From NCBI RefSeq assembly GCF_964204645.1, contig NC_134032.1, forward strand, positions 5,196,275-5,260,274: 64,000 nt of DNA, written 5' to 3'. The DNA comes from Tubulanus polymorphus. Its lineage: Eukaryota > Animalia > Nemertea. Within the stretch, counting starts at the first letter, position 1. Each line of letters opens with the position of its first letter. A model generated the notes under the pieces. That model saw nothing but the letters and a program-made list of their open reading frames with translations. It was not told where the DNA came from and searched no databases. The position numbers were made by a program, and so were the translations under genes. Below are positions 41,931 through 55,970 of this stretch, piece by piece.

Positions 41931-44159
41931 TCGGAAAAATGAAGATGTCGATGCGTAAAAGCGCTCAAATCGTCAGGAAAAGCACATTTCGACCAGAAAA
42001 CGTCGTTCCGAGCGAGAAAAGACGTTTTCTTATCAAATTTCCCCCCTATCGAAAAAATGACGATGTCGATGCGTAAAAGCGCTCAAATCATCAGGAATAA
42101 CAAATTTCGACCAGAAAACGTCGTTCAGAGCGAGAAAAGACGTTTTCTTATCAAATTGTCCCCTATCGGAAAAATGACGATGGCGATGCGTAAAAGCGCT
42201 CAAATCGTCAGGAAAAGCACATTTCGACCCGAAAACGTCGTTCAGAGCGAGAAAAGACGTTTTCTTATCAAATTGTCCCCCTATCGGAAAAATGACGATG
42301 GCGATGCGTAAAAGCGCTCAAATCGTCAGGAAAAGCACATTTCGACCCGAAAACGTCGTACAGAGCGAGAAAAGACGTTTTCTTATCAAATTGTCCCCCT
42401 ATCGGAAAAATGACGATGGCGATGCGTAAAAGCGCTCAAATCGTCAGGAAAAGCACATTTCGACCCGAAAACGTCGTTCAGAGAGAGAAAAGACGTTTTC
42501 TTATCAAATTGTCCCCCTATCGGAAAAATGACGATGGCGAAGCGTAAAAGCGCTCAAATCGTCAGGAAAAGCACATTTCGACCCGAAAACGTCGTTCCGC
42601 GCGAGAAAAGACGTTTCTTATCAAATTTCCCCCCTATCGAAAAAATGACGATGTCGATGCGTAAGAGCGCTCAAAAGTCAGGAAAAGCACATTTCGACCC
42701 GAAAACGTCGTTCAGCGCGAGAAAAGACGTTTTCTTATCAAATTTCCCCCCTATCGGAAAAATGACGATGTCGATGCGTAAAAGCGCTCAAATCGTCAGG
42801 AAAAACACATTTCGACCGGAAAACGTCGTTCAGTGCGAGAAAAGACGTTTTCTTATCAAATTTCCCTCCTCTCGAAAAAATGACGATGTCGATGCGTAAA
42901 AGAGATCAAATCGTCAGGAAAAGCACATTTCGACCCGAAAACGTCGTTCAGAGCGAGAAAAGACGTTTTCTTACCAAATTGTCCCTCTATCGGAAAAATG
43001 ACGATGTCGATGCGTAAGAGCGCTCAAATAGTCTGGAAAAGCACATTTCGACCCGAAAACGTCGTTCAGAGCGAGAAAAGACGTTTTCTTATCAAATTTT
43101 CCCCCTATCGGAAAAACGACGATGTCGACGCGTGAAAGCGCTCAAATCGTCAGGAAAAGCACCTTTCGACCCGAAAACGTCGTTCAGAGCGAGAAAAGAC
43201 GTTTTCTTATCAAATTTTCCCCCTATCGGAAAAAACGACGATGTCGATGCGTAAAAGGGCTCAAATCGTCTGGAAAAGCACATTTCGACCCGAAAACGTC
43301 GTTCAGAGCGAGAAAAGACGTTTTCTTATCAAATTGTCCCCCTATCGGAAAAATGAAGATGTCGATGCGTAAAAGCGCTCAAATCGTCAGGAAAAGCACA
43401 TTTCGACCAGAAAACGTCGTTCCGAGCGAGAAAAGACGTTTTCTTATCAAATTTTCCCCCTATCGGAAAAATGACGATGTCGATGCGTAAAAGCGCTCAA
43501 ATCATCAGGAATAACAAATTTCGACCAGAAAACGTCGTTCAGAGCGAGAAAAGACGTTTTCTTATCAAATTTCCCCCTATCGAAAAAATGATGATGTCGG
43601 TGCGTAAAAGCGCTCAAATCGTCAGGAAAAACACATTTCGACCGGAAAACGTCGTTCAGTGCGAGAAAAGACGTTTTCTTATCAAATTTCCCCCCTATCG
43701 AAAAAATGACGATGTCGATGCGTAAAAGAGCTCAAATCGTCAGGAAAAGCACATTTCGACCCGAAAACGTCGTTCAGAGCGAGAAAAGACGTTTTCTTAT
43801 CAAATTGTCCCCCTATCCGAAAAATGACGATGGCGATGCGTAAAAGCGCTCAAATCGTCAGGAAAAGCACATTTCGACCCGAAAACGTCGTTCAGAGCGA
43901 GAAAAGACGTTTTCTTATCAAATTGTCCCCCTATCGGAAAAATGACGATGGCGATGCGTAAAAGCGCTCAAATCGTCAGGAAAAGCACATTTCGACCCGA
44001 AAACGTCGTACAGAGCGAGAAAAGACGTTTTCTTATCAAATTGTCCCCCTATTGGAAAAATGACGATGGCGATGCGTAAAAGCGCTCAAATCGTCAGGAA
44101 AAGCACATTTCGACCCGAAAACGTCGTTCAGAGCGAGAAAAGACGTTTTCTTATCAAAT

Positions 44160-47100
44160 TGTCCCCCTATCGGAAAAATGACGATGGCGAAGCGTAAAAG
44201 CGCTCAAATCGTCAGGAAAAGCACATTTCGACCCGAAAACGTCGTTCCGCGCGAGAAAAGACGTTTTCTTATCAAATTGTCCCCCTATCAGAAAAATGAC
44301 GATGGCGATGCGTAAAAGCGCTCAAATCGTCAGGAAAAGCACTTATCGACCCGAAAACGTCATTCCGCGCGAGAAAAGACGTTTTCTTATCAAATTTCCC
44401 CCCTATCGAAAAAATGACGATGTCGATGCGTAAGAACGCTCAAAAGTCAGGAAAAGCACATTTCGACCCGAAAACGTCGTTCAGCGCGAGAAAAGACGTT
44501 TTCTTATCAAATTTTCCCCTATCAGAAAAATGACGATGTCGATGCGTAAAAGCGCTCAAATAGTCAGGAAAAGCACATTTCGACCCGAAAACGTCGTTCA
44601 GAGCGAGAAAAGACGTTTTCTTATCAAATTTTCCCCCTATCGGAAAAATGACGATGTCGATGCGTAAAAGCACTCAAATAGTCAGGAAAAGCACATTTCG
44701 ACCAGAAAACTACGTTCAGAGCGAGAAAAGACGTTTTCTTATCAAATTGTCCCCCTATCGGAAAAATGACGATGGCGATGCGTAAAAGCGCTCAAATCGT
44801 CAGGAAAAGCACATTTCGACCCGAAAACGTCGTTCAGAGCGAGAAAAGACGTTTTCTTATCAAATTGTCCCCCTATCGGAAAAATGACGATGGCGATGCG
44901 TAAAAGCGCTCAAATCGTCAGGAAAAGCACTTATCGACCCGAAAACGTCATTCCGCGCGAGAAAAGACGTTTTCTTATCAAATTTCCCCCCTATCGAAAA
45001 AATGACGATGTCGATGCGTAAGAGCGCTCAAATAGTCAGGAAAAGCACATTTCGACCAGAAAACGTCGTTCAGAGCGAGAAAAGACGTTTTCTTATCAAA
45101 TTGTCCCCCTATCGGAAAAATGACGATGGCGATGCGTAAAAGCGCTCAAATCGTCAGGAAAAGCACATTTCGACCCGAAAACGTCGTTCAGAGCGAGAAA
45201 AGACGTTTTCTTATCAAATTGTCCCCCTATCGGAAAAATGACGATGGCGATGCGTAAAAGCGCTCAAATCGTCAGGAAAAGCACATTTCGACCAGAAAAC
45301 GTCGTTCAGAGCGAGAAAAGACGTTTTCTTATCAAATTTCCCCCCTATCGGAAAAATGACGATGGCGATGCGTAAAAGCGCATAAATCGTCAGGAAAAGC
45401 ACATTTCGACCAGAAAACGTCGTTCAGAGCGAGAAAAGACGTTTTCTTATCAAATTGTCCCCCTATCGGAAGAATGACGATGGCGATGCGTAAAAGCGCT
45501 CAAATCGTCAGGAAAAGCACTTTTCGACCCGAAAACGTCGTTCCGCGCGAGAAAAGACGTTTTCTTATCAAATTTCCCCCCTATCGAAAAAATGACGTTG
45601 TCGATGCGTAAAAGTCCTCAAATCGTCAGGAAAAGCACATTTCGACCAGAAAACGTCGTTCAGAGCGAGAAAAGACTTTTTCTTATCAAATTTCCCCCCT
45701 ATCGAAAAAATGACGATGTCGATGCGTAAAAGCGCTCAAATCGTCAGGAAAAGCAGATTTCGACCCGAAAACGTCGTTCCGCGCGGGAAAAGACGTTTTC
45801 TTATAAAATTTCCCCCCTATCGGAAAAATGACGATTTCAATGCGTAAGAGCGCTCAAAAGTCAGGAAAAGCACATTTCGACCCGAAAACGTCGTTCAGCG
45901 CGAGAAAAGACGTTTTCTTATCAAATTTCCCCCCTATCGGAAAAATGACGATGTCGATGCGTAAAAGCGCTCAAATAGTCAGGAAAAGCACATTTCGACC
46001 CGAAAACGTCGTTCAGTGCGAGAAAAGACGTTTTCTTATCAAATTTCCCCCCTATCGAAAGAATGACGATGTCGATGCGTAAAAGAGCTCAAATCGTCAG
46101 GAAAAGCACATTTCGACCCGAAAACGTCGTTCAGAGCGAGAAAAGACGTTTTCTTATCAAATTGTCCCCCTATCGGAAAAATGACGATGGCGATGCGTAA
46201 AAGTCCTCAAATCGTCAGGAAAAGCACATTTCGACCAGAAAACGTCGTTCAGAGCGAGAAAAGACTTTTTCTTATCAAATTTCCCCCCTATCGAAAAAAT
46301 GACGATGTCGATGCGTAAAAGCGCTCAAATCGTCAGGAAAAGCAGATTTCGACCCGAAAACGTCGTTCCGCGCGGGAAAAGACGTTTTCTTATAAAATTT
46401 CCCGCCTATCGGAAAAATGACGATTTCAATGCGTAAGAGCGCTCAAAAGTCAGGAAAAGCACATTTCGACCCGAAAACGTCGTTCAGCGCGAGAAAAGAC
46501 GTTTTCTTATCAAATTTCCCCCCTATCGGAAAAATGACGATGTCGATGCGTAAAAGCGCTCAAATAGTCAGGAAAAGAACATTTCGACCCGAAAACGTCG
46601 TTCAGAGCGAGAAAAGACGTTTTCTTATCAAATTTTCCCCCTATCGGAAAAATGACGATGTCGATGCGTAAAAGCGCTGAAATAGTCAGGAAAAGCACAT
46701 TTCGACCCGAAAACGTCGTTCAGTGCGAGAAAAGACGTTTTCTTATCAAATTGTCCCCCTATCGGAAAAATGACGATGGCGATGCGTAAAAGCGCTCAAA
46801 TCGTCAGGAAAAGCACTTATCGACCCGAAAACGTCATTCCGCGCGAGAAAAGACGTTTTCTTATCAAATTTCCCCCTATCGAAAAAATGACGATGTCGAT
46901 GCGTAAGAGCGCTCAAATAGTCAGGAAAAGCACATTTCGACCAGAAAACGTCGTTCAGAGCGAGAAAAGACGTTTTCTTATCAAATTGTCCCCTATCGGA
47001 AAAATGACGATGGCGATGCGTAAAAGCGCTCAAATCGTCAGGAAAAGCACATTTCGACCCGAAAACGTCGTTCAGAGCGAGAAAAGACGTTTTCTTATCA

Positions 47101-50100
47101 AATTGTCCCCCTATCGGAAAAATGACGATGGCGATGCGTAAAAGCGCTCAAATCGTCAGGAAAAGCACATTTCGACCAGAAAACGTCGTTCAGAGCGAGA
47201 AAAGACGTTTTCTTATCAAATTTCCCCCCTATCGGAAAAATGACGATGGCGATGCGTAAAAGCGCATAAATCGTCAGGAAAAGCACATTTCGACCAGAAA
47301 ACGTCGTTCAGAGCGAGAAAAGACGTTTTCTTATCAAATTGTCCCCCTATCGGAAGAATGACGATGGCGATGCGTAAAAGCGCTCAAATCGTCAGGAAAA
47401 GCACTTTTCGACCCGAAAACGTCGTTCCGCGCGAGAAAAGACGTTTTCTTATCAAATTTCCCCCCTATCGAAAAAATGACGTTGTCGATGCGTAAAAGTC
47501 CTCAAATCGTCAGGAAAAGCACATTTCGACCAGAAAACGTCGTTCAGAGCGAGAAAAGACTTTTTCTTATCAAATTTCCCCCCTATCGAAAAAATGACGA
47601 TGTCGATGCGTAAAAGCGCTCAAATCGTCAGGAAAAGCAGATTTCGACCCGAAAACGTCGTTCCGCGCGGAAAAGACGTTTTCTTATCAAATTGTCCCCC
47701 TATCGGAAAAATGACGATTTCAATGCGTAAGAGCGCTCAAAAGTCAGGAAAAGCACATTTCGACCCGAAAACGTCGTTCAGCGCGAGAAAAGACGTTTTC
47801 TTATCAAATTTCCCCCCTATCGGAAAAATGACGATGTCGATGCGTAAAAGCGCTCAAATAGTCAGGAAAAGCACATTTCGACCCGAAAACGTCGTTCAGT
47901 GCGAGAAAAGACGTTTTCTTATCAAATTTCCCCCCTATCGAAAAAATGACGATGTCGATGCGTAAAAGAGCTCAAATCGTCAGGAAAAGCACATTTCGAC
48001 CCGAAAACGTCGTTCAGAGCGAGAAAAGACGTTTTCTTATCAAATTGTCCCCCTATCGGAAAAATGACGATGGCGATGCGTAATAGTCCTCAAATCGTCA
48101 GGAAAAGCACATTTCGACCAGAAAACGTCGTTCAGAGCGAGAAAAGACTTTTTCTTATCAAATTTCCCCCCTATCGAAAAAATGACGATGTCGATGCGTA
48201 AAAGCGCTCAAATCGTCAGGAAAAGCAGATTTCGACCCGAAAACGTCGTTCCGCGCGGGAAAAGACGTTTTTCTTATAAAATTTCCCGCCTATCGGAAAA
48301 TGACGATTTCAATGCGTAAGAGCGCTCAAAAGTCAGGAAAAGCACATTTCGACCCGAAAACGTCGTTCAGCGCGAGAAAAGACGTTTTCTTATCAAATTT
48401 CCCCCCTATCGGAAAAATGACGATGTCGATGCGTAAAAGCGCTCAAATAGTCAGGAAAAGAACATTTCGACCCGAAAACGTCGTTCAGAGCGAGAAAAGA
48501 CGTTTTCTTATCAAATTTTCCCCCTATCGGAAAAATGACGATGTCGATGCGTAAAAGCGCTGAAATAGTCAGGAAAAGCACATTTCGACCCGAAAACGTC
48601 GTTCAGTGCGAGAAAAGACGTTTTCTTATCAAATTGTCCCCCTATCGGAAAAATGACGATGTCGATGCGTAAAAGCGCTCAAATCGTCAGGAAAAGCACA
48701 TTTCGACCAGAAAACGTCGTTCAGAGCGAGAAAAGACGTTTTCTTATCAAATTTCCCCCTATCGAAAAAATGACGATGTCCATGCGTAAAAGCGCTCAAA
48801 TCGTCAGGAAAAGCACATTTCGACCCGAAAACGTCGTTCCGCGCGAGAAAAGACGTTTTCTTATCAAATTGTCCCCCTATCGGAAAAATGACGATGGCGA
48901 AGCGTAAAAGCGCTCAAATCGTCAGGAAAAGCACATTTCGACCCGAAAACGTCGTTCCGCGCGAGAAAAGACGTTTTCTTATCAAATTGTCCCCCTATCA
49001 GAAAAATGACGATGGCGATGCGTAAAAGCGCTCAAATCGTCAGGAAAAGCACTTATCGACCCGAAAACGTCATTCCGCGCGAGAAAAGACGTTTTCTTAT
49101 CAAATTTCCCCCCTATCGAAAAAATGACGATGTCGATGCGTAAGAACGCTCAAAAGTCAGGAAAAGCACATTTCGACCCGAAAACGTCGTTCAGCGCGAG
49201 AAAAGACGTTTTCTTATCAAATTTTCCCCTATCAGAAAAATGACGATGTCGATGCGTAAAAGCGCTCAAATAGTCAGGAAAAGCACATTTCGACCCGAAA
49301 ACGTCGTTCAGAGCGAGAAAAGACGTTTTCTTATCAAATTTTCCCCCTATCGGAAAAATGACGATGTCGATGCGTAAAAGCACTCAAATAGTCAGGAAAA
49401 GCACATTTCGACCAGAAAACTACGTTCAGAGCGAGAAAAGACGTTATCTTATCAAATTGTCCCCCTATCGGAAAAATGACGATGGCGATGCGTAAAAGCG
49501 CTCAAATCGTCAGGAAAAGCACATTTCGACCCGAAAACGTCGTTCAGAGCGAGAAAAGACGTTTTCTTATCAAATTGTCCCCCTATCGGAAAAATGACGA
49601 TGGCGATGCGTAAAAGCGCTCAAATCGTCAGGAAAAGCACTTATCGACCCGAAAACGTCATTCCGCGCGAGAAAAGACGTTTTCTTATCAAATTTCCCCC
49701 CTATCGAAAAAATGACGATGTCGATGCGTAAGAGCGCTCAAATAGTCAGGAAAAGCACATTTCGACCAGAAAACGTCGTTCAGAGCGAGAAAAGACGTTT
49801 TCTTATCAAATTGTCCCCCTATCGGAAAAATGACGATGGCGATGCGTAAAAGCGCTCAAATCGTCAGGAAAAGCACATTTCGACCCGAAAACGTCGTTCA
49901 GAGCGAGAAAAGACGTTTTCTTATCAAATTGTCCCCCTATCGGAAAAATGACGATGGCGATGCGTAAAAGCGCTCAAATCGTCAGGAAAAGCACATTTCG
50001 ACCAGAAAACGTCGTTCAGAGCGAGAAAAGACGTTTTCTTATCAAATTTCCCCCCTATCGGAAAAATGACGATGGCGATGCGTAAAAGCGCATAAATCGT

Positions 50101-53100
50101 CAGGAAAAGCACATTTCGACCAGAAAACGTCGTTCAGAGCGAGAAAAGACGTTTTCTTATCAAATTGTCCCCCTATCGGAAGAATGACGATGGCGATGCG
50201 TAAAAGCGCTCAAATCGTCAGGAAAAGCACTTTTCGACCCGAAAACGTCGTTCCGCGCGAGAAAAGACGTTTTCTTATCAAATTTCCCCCCTATCGAAAA
50301 AATGACGTTGTCGATGCGTAAAAGTCCTCAAATCGTCAGGAAAAGCACATTTCGACCAGAAAACGTCGTTCAGAGCGAGAAAAGACTTTTTCTTATCAAA
50401 TTTCCCCCCTATCGAAAAAATGACGATGTCGATGCGTAAAAGCGCTCAAATCGTCAGGAAAAGCAGATTTCGACCCGAAAACGTCGTTCCGCGCGGGAAA
50501 AGACGTTTTCTTATAAAATTTCCACCCTATCGGAAAAATGACGATTTCAATGCGTAAGAGCGCTCAAAAGTCAGGAAAAGCACATTTCGACCCGAAAACG
50601 TCGTTCAGCGCGAGAAAAGACGTTTTCTTATCAAATTTCCCCCCTATCGGAAAAATGACGATGTCGATGCGTAAAAGCGCTCAAATAGTCAGGAAAAGCA
50701 CATTTCGACCCGAAAACGTCGTTCAGTGCGAGAAAAGACGTTTTCTTATCAAATTTCCCCCCTATCGAAAGAATGACGATGTCGATGCGTAAAAGAGCTC
50801 AAATCGTCAGGAAAAGCACATTTCGACCCGAAAACGTCGTTCAGAGCGAGAAAAGACGTTTTCTTATCAAATTGTCCCCCTATCGGAAAAATGACGATGG
50901 CGATGCGTAAAAGTCCTCAAATCGTCAGGAAAAGCACATTTCGACCAGAAAACGTCGTTCAGAGCGAGAAAAGACTTTTTCTTATCAAATTTCCCCCCTA
51001 TCGAAAAAATGACGATGTCGATGCGTAAAAGCGCTCAAATCGTCAGGAAAAGCAGATTTCGACCCGAAAACGTCGTTCCGCGCGGGAAAAGACGTTTTCT
51101 TATAAAATTTCCCGCCTATCGGAAAAATGACGATTTCAATGCGTAAGAGCGCTCAAAAGTCAGGAAAAGCACATTTCGACCCGAAAACGTCGTTCAGCGC
51201 GAGAAAAGACGTTTTCTTATCAAATTTCCCCCCTATCGGAAAAATGACGATGTCGATGCGTAAAAGCGCTCAAATAGTCAGGAAAAGAACATTTCGACCC
51301 GAAAACGTCGTTCAGAGCGAGAAAAGACGTTTTCTTATCAAATTTTCCCCCTATCGGAAAAATGACGATGTCGATGCGTAAAAGCGCTGAAATAGTCAGG
51401 AAAAGCACATTTCGACCCGAAAACGTCGTTCAGTGCGAGAAAAGACGTTTTCTTATCAAATTGTCCCCCTATCGGAAAAATGACGATGGCGATGCGTAAA
51501 AGCGCTCAAATCGTCAGGAAAAGCACTTATCGACCCGAAAACGTCATTCCGCGCGAGAAAAGACGTTTTCTTATCAAATTTCCCCCCTATCGAAAAAATG
51601 ACGATGTCGATGCGTAAGAGCGCTCAAATAGTCAGGAAAAGCACATTTCGACCAGAAAACGTCGTTCAGAGCGAGAAAAGACGTTTTCTTATCAAATTGT
51701 CCCCCTATCGGAAAAATGACGATGGCGATGCGTAAAAGCGCTCAAATCGTCAGTAAAAGCACATTTCGACCCGAAAACGTCGTTCAGAGCGAGAAAAGAC
51801 GTTTTCTTATCAAATTGTCCCCCTATCGGAAAAATGACGATGGCGATGCGTAAAAGCGCTCAAATCGTCAGGAAAAGCACATTTCGACCAGAAAACGTCG
51901 TTCAGAGCGAGAAAAGACGTTTTCTTATCAAATTTCCCCCCTATCGGAAAAATGACGATGGCGATGCGTAAAAGCGCATAAATCGTCAGGAAAAGCACAT
52001 TTCGACCAGAAAACGTCGTTCAGAGCGAGAAAAGACGTTTTCTTATCAAATTGTCCCCCTATCGGAAGAATGACGATGGCGATGCGTAAAAGCGCTCAAA
52101 TCGTCAGGAAAAGCACTTTTCGACCCGAAAACGTCGTTCCGCGCGAGAAAAGACGTTTTCTTATCAAATTTCCCCCCTATCGAAAAAATGACGTTGTCGA
52201 TGCGTAAAATGCCTCAAATCGTCAGGAAAAGCACATTTCGACCAGAAAACGTCGTTCAGAGCGAGAAAAGACTTTTTCTTATCAAATTTCCCCCCTATCG
52301 AAAAAATGACGATGTCGATGCGTAAAAGCGCTCAAATCGTCAGGAAAAGCAGATTTCGACCCGAAAACGTCGTTCCGCGCGGGAAAAGACGTTTTCTTAT
52401 CAAATTGTCCCCCTATCGGAAAAATGACGATTTCAATGCGTAAGAGCGCTCAAAAGTCAGGAAAAGCACATTTCGACCCGAAAACGTCGTTCAGCGCGAG
52501 AAAAGACGTTTTCTTATCAAATTTCCCCCCTATCGGAAAAATGACGATGTCGATGCGTAAAAGCGCTCAAATAGTCAGGAAAAGCACATTTCGACCCGAA
52601 AACGTCGTTCAGTGCGAGAAAAGACGTTTTCTTATCAAATTTCCCCCCTATCGAAAAATGACGATGTCGATGCGTAAAAGAGCTCAAATCGTCAGGAAAA
52701 GCACATTTCGACCCGAAAACGTCGTTCAGAGCGAGAAAAGACGTTTTCTTATCAAATTGTCCCCCTATCGGAAAAATGACGATGGCGATGCGTAAAAGTC
52801 CTCAAATCGTCAGGAAAAGCACATTTCGACCAGAAAACGTCGTTCAGAGCGAGAAAAGACTTTTTCTTATCAAATTTCCCCCCTATCGAAAAAATGACGA
52901 TGTCGATGCGTAAAAGCGCTCAAATCGTCAGGAAAAGCAGATTTCGACCCGAAAACGTCGTTCCGCGCGGGAAAAGACGTTTTCTTATAAAATTTCCCGC
53001 CTATCGGAAAAATGACGATTTCAATGCGTAAGAGCGCTCAAAAGTCAGGAAAAGCACATTTCGACCCGAAAACGTCGTTCAGCGCGAGAAAAGACGTTTT

Positions 53101-53520
53101 CTTATCAAATTCCCCCCTATCGGAAAAATGACGATGTCGATGCGTAAAAGCGCTCAAATAGTCAGGAAAAGAACATTTCGACCCGAAAACGTCGTTCAGA
53201 GCGAGAAAAGACGTTTTCTTATCAAATTTTCCCCCTATCGGAAAAATGACGATGTCGATGCGTAAAAGCGCTGAAATAGTCAGGAAAAGCACATTTCGAC
53301 CCGAAAACGTCGTTCAGTGCGAGAAAAGACGTTTTCTTATCAAATTGTCCCCCTATCGGAAAAATGACGATGTCGATGCGTAAAAGCGCTCAAATCGTCA
53401 GGAAAAGCACATTTCGACCAGAAAACGTCGTTCAGAGCGAGAAAAGACGTTTTCTTATCAAATTTCCCCCCTATCGAAAAAATGACGATGTCCATGCGTA
53501 AAAGCGCTCAAATCGTCAGG
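44160..53520. repeat. Higher-order tandem duplication of 40 monomers (period ~4710 bp) with nested 16-mer and 5-mer units
   Basis: Private variants TAAGAACGCT (44431/49141) and GAAAACTACGTTC (~44705/~49415). ORF pairs 44440/49150, 45214/49924, 45828/50538, 46417/51127. Internal offsets are 1883-1884 (45214/47098, 46417/48300) and 589 (45828/46417). Confidence 0.9.
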
Positions 53521-53759
53521 AAAAGCAGATTTCGACCCGAAAACGTCGTTCCGCGCGGGAAAAGACGTTTTCTTATAAAATTTCCCCCCTATCGGAAAAA
53601 TGACGATTTCGATGCGTAAGAGCGCTCAAAAGTCAGGAAAAGCACATTTCGACCCGAAAACGTCGTTCAGCGCGAGAAAAGACGTTTTCTTATCAAATTT
53701 CCCCCCTATCGGAAAAATGACGATGTCGATGCGTAAAAGAGCTCAAATAGTCAGGAAAA

Positions 53760-55970
53760 GCACATTTCGACCCGAAAACGTCGTTTAGCGCGAGAAAAGA
53801 CGTTTTCTTATCAAATTGTCCCCCTATCGGAAAAATGACGATGTCGATGCGTAAAAGCGCTCAAATCGTCAGGAAAAGCACATTTCGACCCGAAAACGTC
53901 GATCAGAGCGAGAAAAGGCGTTTTCTTATCAAATTGTCCCCCTATCGGAAAAACGACGATGTCGAGGCGTAAAAGCGCTCAAATCGTCTGGAAAAGTACA
54001 TTTCGACCCGAAATCGTCGATCAGAGCGAGAAGAGACGGTTTCTTATCAAATTGTCCCCCTATCGGAAAAACGACGATGTCGACGCGTGAAAGCGCTCAA
54101 ATCGTCAGGAAAAGCACATTTCGACCAGAAAACGTCGTTCAGAGCGAGAAAAGACGTTTTCTTATCAAATTTTCCCCCTATCGGAAAAATGACGATGTCG
54201 ATGCGTAAAAGCGCTCAAATCGTCAGGAAAAGCACATTTCGACCCGACAACGTCGTTCAGAGCGAGAAAAGACGTTTTCTTATCAAATTTCCCCCCTATC
54301 GAAAAAATGACGATGTCGATGCGTAAAAGCGCTCAAATCGTCAGGAAAAGCACATTTCGACCCGAAAACGTCGTTCCGCGCGAGAAAAGACGTTTTCTTA
54401 TCAAATTCCCCCCCCCCCTATCGGAAAATGACGATGTCGATGCGTAAGGGCGCTCAAATAGTCAGGAAAAGCACATTTCAACCCGAAAACGTCGTTCCGC
54501 GCGAGAAAAGACGTTTACTTATCAAATTGTCCCCCTATCGAAAAAATGACGATGTCGATGCGTAAAAGCGCTCAAATCGTCAGGAAAAGCACATTTCGAC
54601 CCGAAAACGTCGTTCAGAGCGAGAAAAGACGTTTTCTTATCAAATTTCCCCCCTTTCGAAAAAATGACGATGTCGATGCGTAAAAGCGCTCAAAAGTCAG
54701 GAAAAGCACATTTCGACCCGAAAACGTCGTTCAGCGCGAGAAAAGACGTTTTCTTATCAAATTTCCCCCCTATCGGAAAAATGACGATGTCGATGCGTAA
54801 AAGCGCTCAAATAGTCAGGAAAAGCACATTTCGCCCCGAAAACGTCGTTCAGTGCGAGAAAAGACGTTTTCTTATCAAATTGTCCCCCTATCGGAAAAAT
54901 GACGATGGCGATGCGTAAAAGCGCTCAAATCGTCAGGAAAAGCACATTTCGACCCGAAAACGTCGTTCAGAGCGAGAAAAGACGTTTTCTTATCAAATTG
55001 TCCCCCTATCGGAAAAATGACGATGGCGATGCGTAAAAGCGCTCAAATAGTCAGGAAAAGCACATTTCGACCCGAAAACGTCGTTTAGCGCAAGAAAAGA
55101 CGTTTTCTTATCAAATTGTCCCCCTATCGGAAAAATGACGATGTCGATGCGTAAAAGCGCTCAAATCGTCAGGAAAAGCACATTTCGACCCGAAAACGTC
55201 GATCAGAGCGAGAAAAGGCGTTTTCTTATCAAATTGTCCCCCTATCGGAAAAACGACGATGTCGAGGCGTAAAAGCGCTCAAATCGTCTGGAAAAGTACA
55301 TTTCGACCCGAAATCGTCGATCAGAGCGAGAAGAGACGGTTTCTTATCAAATTGTCCCCCTATCGGAAAAACGACGATGTCGACGCGTGAAAGCGCTCAA
55401 ATCGTCAGGAAAAGCACATTTCGACCAGAAAACGTCGTTCAGAGCGAGAAAAGACGTTTTCTTATCAAATTTTCCCCCTATCGGAAAAATGACGATGTCG
55501 ATGCGTAAAAGCGCTCAAATCGTCAGGAAAAGCACATTTCGACCCGACAACGTCGTTCAGAGCGAGAAAAGACGTTTTCTTATCAAATTTCCCCCCTATC
55601 GAAAAAATGACGATGTCGATGCGTAAAAGCGCTCAAATCGTCAGGAAAAGCACATTTCGACCCGAAAACGTCGTTCCGCGCGAGAAAAGACGTTTTCTTA
55701 TCAAATTCCCCCCCCCCCCCCCCCCTATCGGAAAAATGACGATGTCGATGCGTAAGGGCGCTCAAATAGTCAGGAAAAGCACATTTCAACCCGAAAACGT
55801 CGTTCCGCGCGAGAAAAGACGTTTTCTTATCAAATTGTCCCCCTATCGAAAAAATGACGATGTCGATGCGTAAAAGCGCTCAAATCGTCAGGAAAAGCAC
55901 AATTCGACCCGAAAACGTCGTTCAGAGCGAGAAAAGACGTTTTCTTATCAAATTTCCCCCCTTTCGAAAA
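53760..55970. repeat. Higher-order duplication of ~11 monomers (period ~1300 bp)
   Basis: Variants AGAGACGGTTTC (~54032/~55332) and GACCCGACAA (54241/55541); ORF pair 54087/55387. Confidence 0.8.
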
